Below, piece by piece: positions 9,642-19,042 of a stretch of DNA of 46,630 bases (position 1 is its first letter; the number at the start of each line of letters is the position of its first letter). Under the pieces are notes generated by a model, which saw only the letters and a program-made list of their open reading frames with translations, did no database searches and was not told the DNA's origin. Both the position numbers and the translations under genes were made by a program. Origin of the DNA: Candidatus Hadarchaeales archaeon (lineage in GTDB: Archaea; Hadarchaeota; Hadarchaeia; Hadarchaeales; Hadarchaeaceae); contig JAWCLG010000007.1 in NCBI GenBank assembly GCA_038851075.1, positions 1 through 46,630 on the forward strand. The letters are read 5' to 3'.

Positions 9642-10196
9642 ATGGAGGTAGAAAAACTGAGCCAAAGAGGAATGGCTACGCTTGTGATAGTAGGAATCGT
9701 TATTGCCGTGGTTGTTGTGGCCGCTGTTGGCGTCACCGCCGCCGTGTTGCTGACTGGTGGCGGTGGAGGTGGTGGCGCTGGTGGCGGAGGTGGCGGAACT
9801 TCGGTCGCGAACGCCAGCAGCCTCAAGTTTGACTTCGAGGCGACTGCTCAGGGACAAACCATAACAGGAACAATGTGGCTTAAAGACATGGGGACCTCGA
9901 ACCAGAAGATAAGACAAGAGGTGACCGCCATGGGGCAAAATATGACGATAATAGTCAATGGAGAAACAAGGAAAGCTTGGATGTATATGGCGGGTCAATG
10001 GATGGATTTCAGTTCTTCGTTCGAACAGTACTGGGACCAGTATGCTGACCAAGCGGAGCAATACAAAGGATATCTTGCAAACTGGAGCGGATCCGGAGAG
10101 TATACTTACTCCGATCCAGAATCCGGCGTTTCTATCAGGATATACAACATCGAGGTCAATCCGGCATTGAGCGATTCCCTGTTCACGCATAGCTAA
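9642..10196 (+). CDS. Secreted or membrane-anchored protein with class III (pilin-like) signal peptide, Gly-rich linker and LolA-like beta domain
   Basis: SQRG|MATLVIVGIVIAVVVV, poly-Gly linker, beta-strand pattern ending VNPALSDSLF; the fold call is tentative. Confidence 0.6.
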   Translation: MEVEKLSQRGMATLVIVGIVIAVVVVAAVGVTAAVLLTGGGGGGGAGGGGGGTSVANASSLKFDFEATAQGQTITGTMWLKDMGTSNQKIRQEVTAMGQNMTIIVNGETRKAWMYMAGQWMDFSSSFEQYWDQYADQAEQYKGYLANWSGSGEYTYSDPESGVSIRIYNIEVNPALSDSLFTHS

Positions 10197-10247
10197 CCGG
10201 ATGGAACCTTTTATATGAGTGGGGCACCTGCCGTGTGCCCTATTTTT

Positions 10248-10535
10248 CTATTTTTTGTACGGCAAACGAACAACTCTGCCGCATCTGACACAGGTTACAG
10301 TCAATCTTCCCTTTTTGAGGCGGACCCTGCATGTCAGTCCAGGGACCCACACCGTTAAACACCTCCTGCAGAACATTCTCCTGATATCGACCGGCAGGCG
10401 CATCGCACGGGCCATTTTGATCCTCCAAGCATGCCTGACGTATCTGCTAGAAAGCTCGGGATTCCGCCTCAGCTCTGCCTCCGCCATACGAAGCAACGCC
10501 CTTATGCTCTCAACTGCTCTCTCATTTTTCACCAT
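10248..10535 (-). CDS. rnp4: Ribonuclease P protein component 4 (Rpp21)
   Basis: SRYVRHAWRI...FCRRC...VTCVRCG..VRLPY. Confidence 0.9.
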   Translation of the reverse strand: MVKNERAVESIRALLRMAEAELRRNPELSSRYVRHAWRIKMARAMRLPVDIRRMFCRRCLTVWVPGLTCRVRLKKGRLTVTCVRCGRVVRLPYKK

Positions 10536-11232
10536 ATTTTTTTACACCCAACCTTCCAACCTGCAGTCCAATTGCATCTTCATATGCATGGATTGCTCTG
10601 GATACAACAGTTGGAGCCAGCAGCAGATCAGGATCAACACATACTAGCTCGTCTGCAAATTCATGTACCGGAGATATAAAGTCCCCATGTGGAAATCCCC
10701 CGATTACAACACACGTGTTGTCGTTTCGCTTAAGACCCTCAAAGACGTTTTTCCACTCCTTCCTCTCTCCACCGTCGGAGAAAACGATGGTCTTCTCAGG
10801 AGATACCCTTCTCACGATGTCGCACAGCGAAGCCCGCTCAAGGCGCAACAGTGGCTTCTCAGGAGGGGCGCTTCCATTCATGAAGAGATGCTCGAGCAAT
10901 CCCTCGAACCTGTGCTGAGCAACGGGGATCCTAGTCGATGGGTCCACAGTAATCAGCATGTTCTCCCTAGTATGAACGTAAACCCTCAGCAGACCGGATC
11001 TGTTGAGCGGAGAGTCAAGGGCCAGGAGCAGGGAAAAATGGGCTATATCCGGCCTTCCCCTCCTCTCGGCTCCAGGAATACCTCTCATGGCGGGAAAATG
11101 AAAACAGGAATTTAGTATCAGCTCGGCCGGCTTTCTTCCCCTCCTTCTCGCAAACTGCTGTATAACTCTGTGGTCGAACAGCTCGGGAGGGACCAGCTCT
11201 ATTTCTGAATCCGCAAGCACCAGATGAAGCAT
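10522..11232 (-). CDS. nep1: 16S rRNA pseudouridine N1-methyltransferase Nep1/Emg1
   Basis: RGRPDIAHFSLL, LDSPLN, VYVHT, IGGFPHGDF. Confidence 0.9.
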   Translation of the reverse strand: MLHLVLADSEIELVPPELFDHRVIQQFARRRGRKPAELILNSCFHFPAMRGIPGAERRGRPDIAHFSLLLALDSPLNRSGLLRVYVHTRENMLITVDPSTRIPVAQHRFEGLLEHLFMNGSAPPEKPLLRLERASLCDIVRRVSPEKTIVFSDGGERKEWKNVFEGLKRNDNTCVVIGGFPHGDFISPVHEFADELVCVDPDLLLAPTVVSRAIHAYEDAIGLQVGRLGVKKYGEK

Positions 11233-11352
11233 CCTCCACCGGTTTCCAGATAAACGTCAGAGCGTATAACACGAACGGAGTGATATTCGGGAAGTCGGTT
11301 CTGGGCGCCTATTTAATAAACACGTGGAAACACAGGGTCAGGAATGCTATCC

Positions 11353-12213
11353 TCAGGGCCTGAAAAGCGTGCCCGCCATAAATCCTAAAAGTCCCATGGC
11401 CATTGCGGCAAGAGTTAACCTTCTGTGAAATTTGAGGTCTGGATTCTCCCGAAAGAGTGAAACGGCGGAATATATGAATATGACATCGGCCGCGATAACC
11501 GGCAATGCGTACATGAGGTTGGCTCTGAACATGTTCTGCCCGAAGAAAAATGGGATCGGGCTCAATCCCACCGCAGCCAGATACGCCAGACCCGAAAGCG
11601 CCAGCGCGTTTCTCTCACCAATATAAGTTGGAAAGGATCTCACTCCTGCCTCTCTGTCTCCGGAGATGTCCATCACATCCTTCATGACCTCCCTGCCCAA
11701 CCCGGATAGATACGCCATCAAGGCAAGAACAAGCGTGTCGGTAGGAACATAGGAAAGCGCCACACCTCCGAAGATGAACGGGACCGCCATCATGTATGCT
11801 ATGTAGAAATTACCGGCTATTTTGAATCGCTTTACCTTCACATCGTAGGCAACCGCAATAATCCCAGTCAACGCGGCCACGACAAAGCATTGCGGATTGA
11901 CAAAAAACGACGATATGAGCCCTGCCGGAAAAAGAATCGCAAAAAGAAGAAGAGCGGAACGCGGGTTTATATCCCCCCTCACGAGAGGTCTGTCCGTTCT
12001 CCTGTTTTTTCTGTCAATCTCAAGGTCGAAGTAGTCATTCATGGCAAATGTGCTTGCACCGACCAGAAAAGCGGTCAGAGCCGCCAGCCCAAGCTTTAAG
12101 TAATCCGGGGACACGAGCCCACCTGAAACGGCGTACCCGACCACCACTCCGGCCGCCAGCATTATGTCGTGATCCACCCTCACGAGTTGACCCAGAGCTC
12201 CTAATCTCGGCAT
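11353..12213 (-). CDS. UbiA family prenyltransferase, probably digeranylgeranylglyceryl phosphate synthase
   Basis: NDYFDLEIDRKN..RPLVRG, REVMKDVMDISGD. Confidence 0.85.
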   Translation of the reverse strand: MPRLGALGQLVRVDHDIMLAAGVVVGYAVSGGLVSPDYLKLGLAALTAFLVGASTFAMNDYFDLEIDRKNRRTDRPLVRGDINPRSALLLFAILFPAGLISSFFVNPQCFVVAALTGIIAVAYDVKVKRFKIAGNFYIAYMMAVPFIFGGVALSYVPTDTLVLALMAYLSGLGREVMKDVMDISGDREAGVRSFPTYIGERNALALSGLAYLAAVGLSPIPFFFGQNMFRANLMYALPVIAADVIFIYSAVSLFRENPDLKFHRRLTLAAMAMGLLGFMAGTLFRP

Positions 12214-12302
12214 CTGAAATGAGTGGGTCGGCGCCGATTAAAAGCGTTCGCGATAGGAAACTCTTTTTACGAATATGCGATAATTGAATGAACTGCGGTG
12301 AG

Positions 12303-12965
12303 ATGATGGATAAAAAACCGGTCAAACTTCTGATATTCGGTCCACCGGGATCCGGAAAGGGGACACATGCTGCAAGGCTCGCACCGCTGATCGGAGCGAC
12401 CACGCTTTCCACCGGAGATCTTCTCAGGAAAGCCGTGGAGGAGAACTCGGAACTCGGGAAAGCTGTCAAGGGATATCTGAGCAGCGGGAAGCTTGTCCCG
12501 GACGAGCTGGTGATAGAACTCGTTAGACGAAATCTGGAATCGACTTCCGGCGGCATCATACTGGACGGTTTTCCAAGAACAGTGAAGCAGGCGATAGCTC
12601 TCGATAAAATAATGAAGATAGATGCCGTGATAAACATGGACATACCGAAGGAGATAATAGTCCAAAGAATGACCGCGAGGCGCACATGCGAGAGATGCGG
12701 AAGAGTGTACAATCTTATCGTTCTAAGGCCGAAGGTCGAGGGAGTATGCGACGAATGCGGAGGTACGCTCATTCAGAGAAAAGATGACACCCCGGAAGTC
12801 GTGGAGGAGAGGTTCAGAGTATTTAAAGAACAGACGGCACCTATTCTGAAGCACTACCGCGGAAAGGTTCCAATTTTAAGGGTTACGTACAGCGAGCCTG
12901 ACGTGGCACCAGAAAAGGTCACGGCAATGATAATGGACCAGCTGAAAAAGCTCGCGCTGGCATAG
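12303..12965 (+). CDS. adk: Adenylate kinase (bacterial type, Zn-binding LID)
   Basis: GPPGSGKGT, STGDLLR, LDGFPRT, CERC...CDEC lid, QRKDD. Confidence 0.93.
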   Translation: MMDKKPVKLLIFGPPGSGKGTHAARLAPLIGATTLSTGDLLRKAVEENSELGKAVKGYLSSGKLVPDELVIELVRRNLESTSGGIILDGFPRTVKQAIALDKIMKIDAVINMDIPKEIIVQRMTARRTCERCGRVYNLIVLRPKVEGVCDECGGTLIQRKDDTPEVVEERFRVFKEQTAPILKHYRGKVPILRVTYSEPDVAPEKVTAMIMDQLKKLALA

Positions 12966-12980
12966 TTCATGCAATCGCCG

Positions 12981-13394
12981 TCAGGGGCAGCATTTTCCTC
13001 TCGGGATTTCGTTGCCATGGGGGCAGTGCCTCGGGTGATTCAGGAAAGTGCATATCGAATCGGCCGCTTTCTCGGAGAGATGATGCTCGGCCCCGCACAC
13101 CGCGCGCTCCGCACCCTCCGACTGCAGCCCCACCACCCTGACCAGCAGAACTTCCATTAGCCTGTGGTTTCTGACTATCGCTCTGGCTCTCCTTGCACCT
13201 TTCGCTGTAAAATTTACTCCCGTCCTCTTCTCGTATCTCACAAGGCCCCGATTTTTCATCTTATCCAGCATCTGAACCACGCTCGGCTGCGAGATTCCAA
13301 GCCTGTCAGCAATCTCCTTCACACCAGCCGGGCTCCTCGCCGCGAGAATGTCCCAGAGCACCTCAAGATACTCATCCGCTCCGGCTGTCCTCAT
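12981..13394 (-). CDS. DtxR/MntR family metal-dependent repressor
   Basis: EYLE..., wHTH IADRLGISQPSV, RNHRLME, EHHLS, CPHGNEIP. Confidence 0.9.
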   Translation of the reverse strand: MRTAGADEYLEVLWDILAARSPAGVKEIADRLGISQPSVVQMLDKMKNRGLVRYEKRTGVNFTAKGARRARAIVRNHRLMEVLLVRVVGLQSEGAERAVCGAEHHLSEKAADSICTFLNHPRHCPHGNEIPRGKCCP

Positions 13395-15178
13395 CTATTT
13401 TTACCTCCGCGAGTCTTCAGATATGCCACCACAAAAGTGAAGATGAGCAGTGCAAGTGCAACCGCCAACAGCGGCTCCTGCAACAACAGTCTCAGGAAAG
13501 CGCCGACGAGCAGAGCTGCCCCGAGCATGATGGCCGAAGCTTTAACAGTGTCCCTTATGCCGAGTTCCCTCAGGAAAACGGAGAACGTGGCGACACACGG
13601 GAAGTACATCACAAGAACCACGGAGGCCACCAGAATCTGCTGGACGCTCAGTCCAAGAGGAAGCAGCATGCCCACAGCAACGTCCTTTCTCAGGAATCCC
13701 ACAACAAGCGCCACAGCGGCAGCCGGAGGAAGTCCCAGCAACCCAACAACGATGGGAGACATCACTCTTCCGATGATATCCATTACTCCCGTGAAGTACA
13801 GCACATTGACAAGGAAAACCCCAAAAAGGACGAAGGGGATTGCCTCAACGAAAAAGTGCCTGATTCTCATCCAGAGCTTCTTCATAGTTGCGCCCCAGTA
13901 TGGCCTTCTGTATGGCGGAATTTCCGTGAATATCTCGGGGCTTCCACCACGCATTATCCTGTTGAGCAAAAGCCCCAGACACGCCCAAACCATGAAAAGA
14001 GTTGCGAACAGGATCAGGAGCGGCGTCACGCCGTGCGGTCCCAGCAGGGCAAAGACCATGCTGAGCTGAGCCATGCACGGTACACTGACTCCCAGAAGGA
14101 CCATAGCTATGAACCTCTGCTTCCTGCTCTCGAGGATGCGAGTTGAAAGCGCTCCAGGAACATTACACCCGAATCCTAGCAGCATTGGAACCACAGCGAG
14201 CCCGTGCATCCCCATCCTGTGCATCGCCGTGTCCACCAGAACCCCGAGCCTCGGCAGATAACCGGTATCCTCCAGGAGTCCAAGGAGCAGATAAAATGAG
14301 ATAACGTATGGCAGCACTATCCCCAGCGGGACGTAAATTCCAGTAGTGAGAAGTCCCATTGACTGCATGAAATCTATCCTGCCTTCAATCAGGTTTCCTA
14401 TCAGTATGCTGTGAACTAGGCTACCGGAACCGAGCGCCTCGCTCATCCGCATTGCCAGCGGCTCATATGCTCCAAAAAGAGGATTAAAGACGAAGGAAAT
14501 CAGGCCCTCGCCTATTATTCTCAACAATAAAAACACTCCAAGCAATACTGCTATCGCCACCGGTATCCCGGTCTCCGGTTTTATCGTTATGTCTGAAATG
14601 CGCTCGCCCAGAGTGTGATGCCTGTGGGATACTCTCTGGACCTGCCGAACTATATCGCCTATTCTCTTCCATCTGCTGGATTTCACGTGTTTCGATCCAG
14701 GTGCCCTCGCATCAGGAATTGCTCTGACCAGCCTGTCCACGCCTTCCCCGGTGAGCGCGACTGTTGGAATCACCGGCACGCCGAGCATCTTTTCAAGTTT
14801 CTTCACATCTATGTCGATCCCTTTGTGCTTCGCCTCGTCCCACATGTTGAGCGCCACGACCATCGGGATCCTTCTCTCAAGAAGCTGCAGGGTAAGATAG
14901 AGATTGCTCTCAAGATTTGTGGCGTTCAGGACGTTTATCACGATGTTTCCTTCCTTCAGCATCTTTGATGCCACCTCTTCCGCCTTTGTGGTTGGCTCAA
15001 GAGTGTAAGTGCCCGGGACATCTATGACCTCCACCTCCTCCCCCCTGAACTTCATGCGTCCTCTCGAGAACTCAACGGTCGCTCCAGGATAGTTTGAGAT
15101 GATCACATCGGTCCCGGTAAGCCTGGAGAAAACCACACTTTTGCCGACATTCGGGTTTCCCATGAGAAGAATTTTCAC
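13391..15178 (-). CDS. feoB: Ferrous iron transporter FeoB
   Basis: GNPNVGKS, NYPGATVE, DVPGTY, NMWD, LEDTGYLPR, GFGCNVP, YFPCVAT; GTG start overlaps the feoA stop after GGAGGT. Confidence 0.95.
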   Translation of the reverse strand: MKILLMGNPNVGKSVVFSRLTGTDVIISNYPGATVEFSRGRMKFRGEEVEVIDVPGTYTLEPTTKAEEVASKMLKEGNIVINVLNATNLESNLYLTLQLLERRIPMVVALNMWDEAKHKGIDIDVKKLEKMLGVPVIPTVALTGEGVDRLVRAIPDARAPGSKHVKSSRWKRIGDIVRQVQRVSHRHHTLGERISDITIKPETGIPVAIAVLLGVFLLLRIIGEGLISFVFNPLFGAYEPLAMRMSEALGSGSLVHSILIGNLIEGRIDFMQSMGLLTTGIYVPLGIVLPYVISFYLLLGLLEDTGYLPRLGVLVDTAMHRMGMHGLAVVPMLLGFGCNVPGALSTRILESRKQRFIAMVLLGVSVPCMAQLSMVFALLGPHGVTPLLILFATLFMVWACLGLLLNRIMRGGSPEIFTEIPPYRRPYWGATMKKLWMRIRHFFVEAIPFVLFGVFLVNVLYFTGVMDIIGRVMSPIVVGLLGLPPAAAVALVVGFLRKDVAVGMLLPLGLSVQQILVASVVLVMYFPCVATFSVFLRELGIRDTVKASAIMLGAALLVGAFLRLLLQEPLLAVALALLIFTFVVAYLKTRGGKNR

Positions 15179-15414
15179 CCTTTTACCTCCACAAGAATCT
15201 TCCAAGCCATGCCGTGCCCTATTGCCACATGATTGCCGTCAACTTTCAGCACAACTGGTCCATGGAAGGGCTGAGAGGCAACCATTGTCACGTTTTTTCC
15301 GATTCTGATCCCGAGAACGGCCAACCTTTCCTGCAGGCCGGATCCCCCGTAGATTCTGATCACCTCACCTGTTTCACCCTCTCTGAGTTCGGTCAGAAGT
15401 TTTTTCATGCGCAT
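15175..15414 (-). CDS. feoA: Ferrous iron transport protein FeoA
   Basis: RLAVLGIRIG, GPVVLKV, AIGHGMAWKILV. Confidence 0.92.
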   Translation of the reverse strand: MRMKKLLTELREGETGEVIRIYGGSGLQERLAVLGIRIGKNVTMVASQPFHGPVVLKVDGNHVAIGHGMAWKILVEVKG

Positions 15415-15420
15415 CTACCC

Positions 15421-15438
15421 AATTAGGTATGCCTAATT
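15421..15438. promoter_or_regulatory. Palindromic operator AATTAGGTATGCCTAATT (DtxR-type metal box)
   Basis: Near-perfect inverted repeat between a TATA-like TTTTTATAA (minus strand, about 15456-15464) and the feoA start; TTAGG...CCTAA arms as in DtxR/IdeR boxes. Confidence 0.75.
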
Positions 15439-15470
15439 TCGTATAATTTAACTCCTTATAAAAATTAAAG

Positions 15471-16259
15471 TTACAGGAGATCCCTTCGTCTGACAGCCAA
15501 TACGCTCAAGCCAAAAAACGCTATAAAATAAATCGATATCACCAACGTGCTGATGATCGGATCAGGTGCGCTCAGCGTTCTGCCGAATATAGCGACCGGT
15601 CCTGGCATCGATGCTCCGCCAAACGCATTTATTGCACCGGCTGCGTGAGTCAGCAGGTACCACGTAGAAATCCCGGAGCTCTCCAGAAATACCTGAAGGA
15701 GCGGAAGGCACAAAAACAGAATCGCGAAAAGCACCGCTCCGGCGACAACACTGTTGCGAAAGAGCAGACCAAACAAAAACATCAAAATCAGCACGGTGCA
15801 TCCGTAGAGAAATGCCGGTATCAGCGAGAGGAGCAGTCCGGCAGGGACAGTGCCAAACAGATGATAAGTGGCAACGGAACAACCCAAGTAAAAAACCAGT
15901 ATTGCGCAAGACACGTACAGGAGTGAGGCCAAGAATTTTCCGGCCATCAGCACGGAACGTTTTACGGGATTCGAAAACAGAAGACACGCTGTTTTGCTCT
16001 CAAACTCTGATGTCAGGTTGTTTGCAACGAAAATTACGGATGCCAACGGGACCAGGAGAAATACTGGAAATAAGAACGAAGCCGCAAATATTTCTGCGGT
16101 CTCCGATCTCACAGGCGCAAGCAACAGCAACGTCATCACGACTAGGGAAGCCATGGCGATGAGCGATATGTTTCCCACCACCGACTTCCAGTTTTCGAAC
16201 CCGGCCTCAAACCTGGCCACAATAAGCATCTGCTTGAAATCGCTGGGGGGCGCGGGCAT
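15471..16259 (-). CDS. ABC-2 type exporter permease
   Basis: About 6 TM segments; SEFESKT..LLFSNPVKRS.LMAGKFLA motif. Confidence 0.8.
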   Translation of the reverse strand: MPAPPSDFKQMLIVARFEAGFENWKSVVGNISLIAMASLVVMTLLLLAPVRSETAEIFAASFLFPVFLLVPLASVIFVANNLTSEFESKTACLLFSNPVKRSVLMAGKFLASLLYVSCAILVFYLGCSVATYHLFGTVPAGLLLSLIPAFLYGCTVLILMFLFGLLFRNSVVAGAVLFAILFLCLPLLQVFLESSGISTWYLLTHAAGAINAFGGASMPGPVAIFGRTLSAPDPIISTLVISIYFIAFFGLSVLAVRRRDLL

Positions 16260-16264
16260 TTCGA

Positions 16265-17200
16265 TCACTCCTTCACAAGCTGCAGGTAAACCTCCTCTAG
16301 GGCCCCAACTGAGGGTCTGAAGGAGACCACCTGTGCTCCGATCTCCCTGACAAGCTCCGCGTGCAGCTCCGCGCACTTTTCTCTGTCACCGTTGAAATTT
16401 ATTCTCAGAAGATGACCTCCGTTCCCTTCATTTGACACTGACTTTACCCATTTGATGTTCCTTATTTTATCAATCTGCTGGCTTGAGAGAGGACTCACCG
16501 TCTCCACTTCTACGACCTGGATGTTGAATATCTTCTCAAGGTTCTCTATACGGTCATATGCCAGCAGTTTGCCTCTGTTTATCAGAGCCACGGTGTCACA
16601 TATCTCCTGGGTCTCGTACAGCATGTGGGACGAGAAAAGAACCGTCTTACCCTCTCTCGCCTGCCTTTTTATAAAATCCCTGACCTGCCGTATGCCCCTG
16701 GGGTCCAGCCCCAGCGCCGGCTCATCCAGTATCAGGACTGATGGATCGTGCAGAACGGCCTGTGCCAGCGCCAGCCTCTGAACCATTCCCAGAGAGAACT
16801 TTTTCACTTTCGTTTTTGAAAATTCTGTGAGCTTCACCATGTCGATACACTCCTTTACCCTCTTCCTAAGCTCCGGATTCTCCATCCCACGAAGTCTGCC
16901 GAAGTAGTTCAGTATCTGCAAAGGCGTATGATTTGGATAAAAAACAGGGACGTCCACCAAGCTTCCAACATCAACCAGGGCGCTCTTCGGGTCCTTGGAC
17001 GGCTCAAATCCGTTTACTAAAACTCTTCCGCTGGTAGGCCGGATGAGACCGCAGATGAGCTTTATCGTGGTGGACTTGCCGGCGCCGTTTGGTCCGAGCA
17101 GCCCCACGCACCTTCCCCTAGATATTTTCAGGTTGAGTCCGCTAAGGGCAAGCAGGGAACCATACTTTTTCGTCAGGTTATTTGTGACTATAACTTCCAA
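16265..17200 (-). CDS. ABC-2 type exporter ATP-binding subunit
   Basis: GPNGAGKST, FSLGMVQR, LILDEP, SSH; TTG start after AGGAGG. Confidence 0.9.
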   Translation of the reverse strand: MEVIVTNNLTKKYGSLLALSGLNLKISRGRCVGLLGPNGAGKSTTIKLICGLIRPTSGRVLVNGFEPSKDPKSALVDVGSLVDVPVFYPNHTPLQILNYFGRLRGMENPELRKRVKECIDMVKLTEFSKTKVKKFSLGMVQRLALAQAVLHDPSVLILDEPALGLDPRGIRQVRDFIKRQAREGKTVLFSSHMLYETQEICDTVALINRGKLLAYDRIENLEKIFNIQVVEVETVSPLSSQQIDKIRNIKWVKSVSNEGNGGHLLRINFNGDREKCAELHAELVREIGAQVVSFRPSVGALEEVYLQLVKE

Positions 17201-17394
17201 GATTATGCCTCCTGACACCTGATGCCCAGCACTGGCCGACAAAACGCCGTTTTCGAAACTTCGGCTGACTGTCTCAATCGTATCACCTTTGTTGTTTTCA
17301 CACACCACTTCCGCGATCCAGCCAGCCTCACTTTTAATAATCGCTCAAAATCATTTAAGTTTAATCCTCTGACTTGTTCAGCTGCGCTTAACAA

Positions 17395-17488
17395 TGGTGC
17401 GGCAGGCGGGATTTGAACCCGCGCTGCAGGCTTGGCAAGCCTGTGTCCTTTTTGGGGTTTTGACCTAACCAAGCTAGACTACTGCCGC
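17395..17488 (-). tRNA. tRNA-Gly(GCC) with a 17-nt intron in the D loop (17450-17466) and encoded CCA
   Basis: Acceptor GCGGCAG/CTGCCGC, D stem GTCT/GGAC, anticodon arm CAGGC-TTGCCAA-GCCTG, T arm GCGGG-TTCAAAT-CCCGC, 3' ACCA. Confidence 0.93.
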
Positions 17489-17542
17489 ACCTTTGAGAAC
17501 TACTTTCGCCGTAAATTAAACGTTACCGATTCACCCAGCGTT

Positions 17543-19042
17543 TTACGCTATCAACTTCGACATTAAATGCCCGCCGAAAACAAAAGATACTGTAAAGATC
17601 AGCAGGGATAAGGGCAACGACAGCGCGATTGAGATGTATTTTGGAGGAGACTGATTTCCGTACATTATCTCCGCAGAAAACCAGGAAAGAACCGAGCTGA
17701 GGAGCAGGGAGTAAACTCCCATGGCGACGCAGAACAGGTGGGGAGGAAAAGACGCCTGCCCGAAAATGCTGAAGGCTTCCTTTTCAAACAGCAATTTGAA
17801 TATGCTGGATGTGACGCCGGCAATCATCGGGGCAAATATGGTGGCCACCGACCTCATTGAACTCACTATCTCGCACATGGTTTTTCTCATGTCTGCGTAG
17901 GCCTCATTCAGCTTCCCAACATGCTCAGATATGTAGATCATGGACTCCCCTGCCGCACCAGAACTCTTTTCGACCAGATCGACCATTGCTCTCATAGCAC
18001 CGCGTACAACTCCGGAGTGAACCGATTTCAGGGCTCCGTTCTCACCAAGGACAGCCGCCCTGAAGCTCATCCCTCCCAGCCTCACCTTTGCCGCAATCTC
18101 GGTGAACATCGCCCGCAGACCAGGTTCAGAGCAGATCCTGGCCGCCCTTAACACGGACTCCTCGGCCGGGCGCCCCTCTGCCATCCTGTTTCCGACGCTG
18201 AGAAGAGCCTGCGGAAGTTCGCTCTCCATCCGGCAGCTTTTTTCCCAAAGCCTGAAAGGCACCCTGTAACTGCAGTATATCGCCAGCGAAAGAAACAGCG
18301 CCGGCGCCCAGAGCAAGGACAGCATGAAGAGATACGTGTCGGCCTTAACGAGAACTGCAATCAGCGGAGGGGCCGAAGATATCAACGAAACGGTGACCGC
18401 CCGTTTCGGATCAAATTCATCTCTTTTTATGTCGACCAAATTGAAAAAACTCGGGCGATCGGCCAGGACCCGCCTGGCAACGAAATACACAAGCACCGGA
18501 GTTGCGCAGCTTACCATCACAACTGCCGGAGAACCAAGAGATGCCCCGGTCATGTAGAGAACCGGCACCATGACCGCCAGCACCATCGGGAGCAGAACTC
18601 CAAGCGTGTATATCAGCAGGACCGGCTGGTGGACTCTGGAGGCGAATTCCCTTGCCCTGGACCTGCTGCCCTCTATGGCTGCCGAGAGGGCCATGCTCAG
18701 GCTTCTGTCCCTCGATGAATGCGAGCTCTCGCTCACCGACGAAAGTATTAGATGCAGTGATCGCCTCAGTTCAGGGCAGGGCTCATGCCATTCTTCTCCA
18801 ATCTCGTGAACCACTTCTTCCGTGCTCGCTCCGTACGATAACGTGGCCCCGTACAGTTTTCGCCTAAGATAATCTCCCAGACTTCCTTCAAGCTGGTCCG
18901 CCGCAAAGAAAAGAGCCCTTTCGACGTTCGGAACGGCCTTTACCGCCATAACAAGATAGCATATGAAGGTAGGAACCGTACCTGCAACATTCCTCGACCC
19001 GGCACATGACCTACTGTCCTTTCCTAGCGAGTCTGTCCTCAA
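17543..19042 (-). CDS. Type II secretion/type IV pilus membrane platform protein (TadC/GspF-like)
   Basis: PNVERALFFAA, ESELPQALLSVGNRMAEGRPAEES, multiple TM segments; follows the ATPase; start codon uncertain. Confidence 0.75.
   Translation of the reverse strand: MRTDSLGKDSRSCAGSRNVAGTVPTFICYLVMAVKAVPNVERALFFAADQLEGSLGDYLRRKLYGATLSYGASTEEVVHEIGEEWHEPCPELRRSLHLILSSVSESSHSSRDRSLSMALSAAIEGSRSRAREFASRVHQPVLLIYTLGVLLPMVLAVMVPVLYMTGASLGSPAVVMVSCATPVLVYFVARRVLADRPSFFNLVDIKRDEFDPKRAVTVSLISSAPPLIAVLVKADTYLFMLSLLWAPALFLSLAIYCSYRVPFRLWEKSCRMESELPQALLSVGNRMAEGRPAEESVLRAARICSEPGLRAMFTEIAAKVRLGGMSFRAAVLGENGALKSVHSGVVRGAMRAMVDLVEKSSGAAGESMIYISEHVGKLNEAYADMRKTMCEIVSSMRSVATIFAPMIAGVTSSIFKLLFEKEAFSIFGQASFPPHLFCVAMGVYSLLLSSVLSWFSAEIMYGNQSPPKYISIALSLPLSLLIFTVSFVFGGHLMSKLIA

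Noticed and set aside
9756-9798. GGT/GGC/GGA-rich repeat and the antisense poly-Pro ORF 9560-9826
   Set aside because: Simply encodes the poly-Gly linker of the plus-strand gene; not a tandem repeat element.
13164-14069. 301-aa plus-strand ORF
   Set aside because: Antisense to feoB/dtxR with no recognisable motifs.
15471-17394. Possible island integrated at the tRNA-Gly 3' end
   Set aside because: No integrase and no duplicated tRNA 3' end (att site) seen in the window; only an ABC-2 exporter follows.
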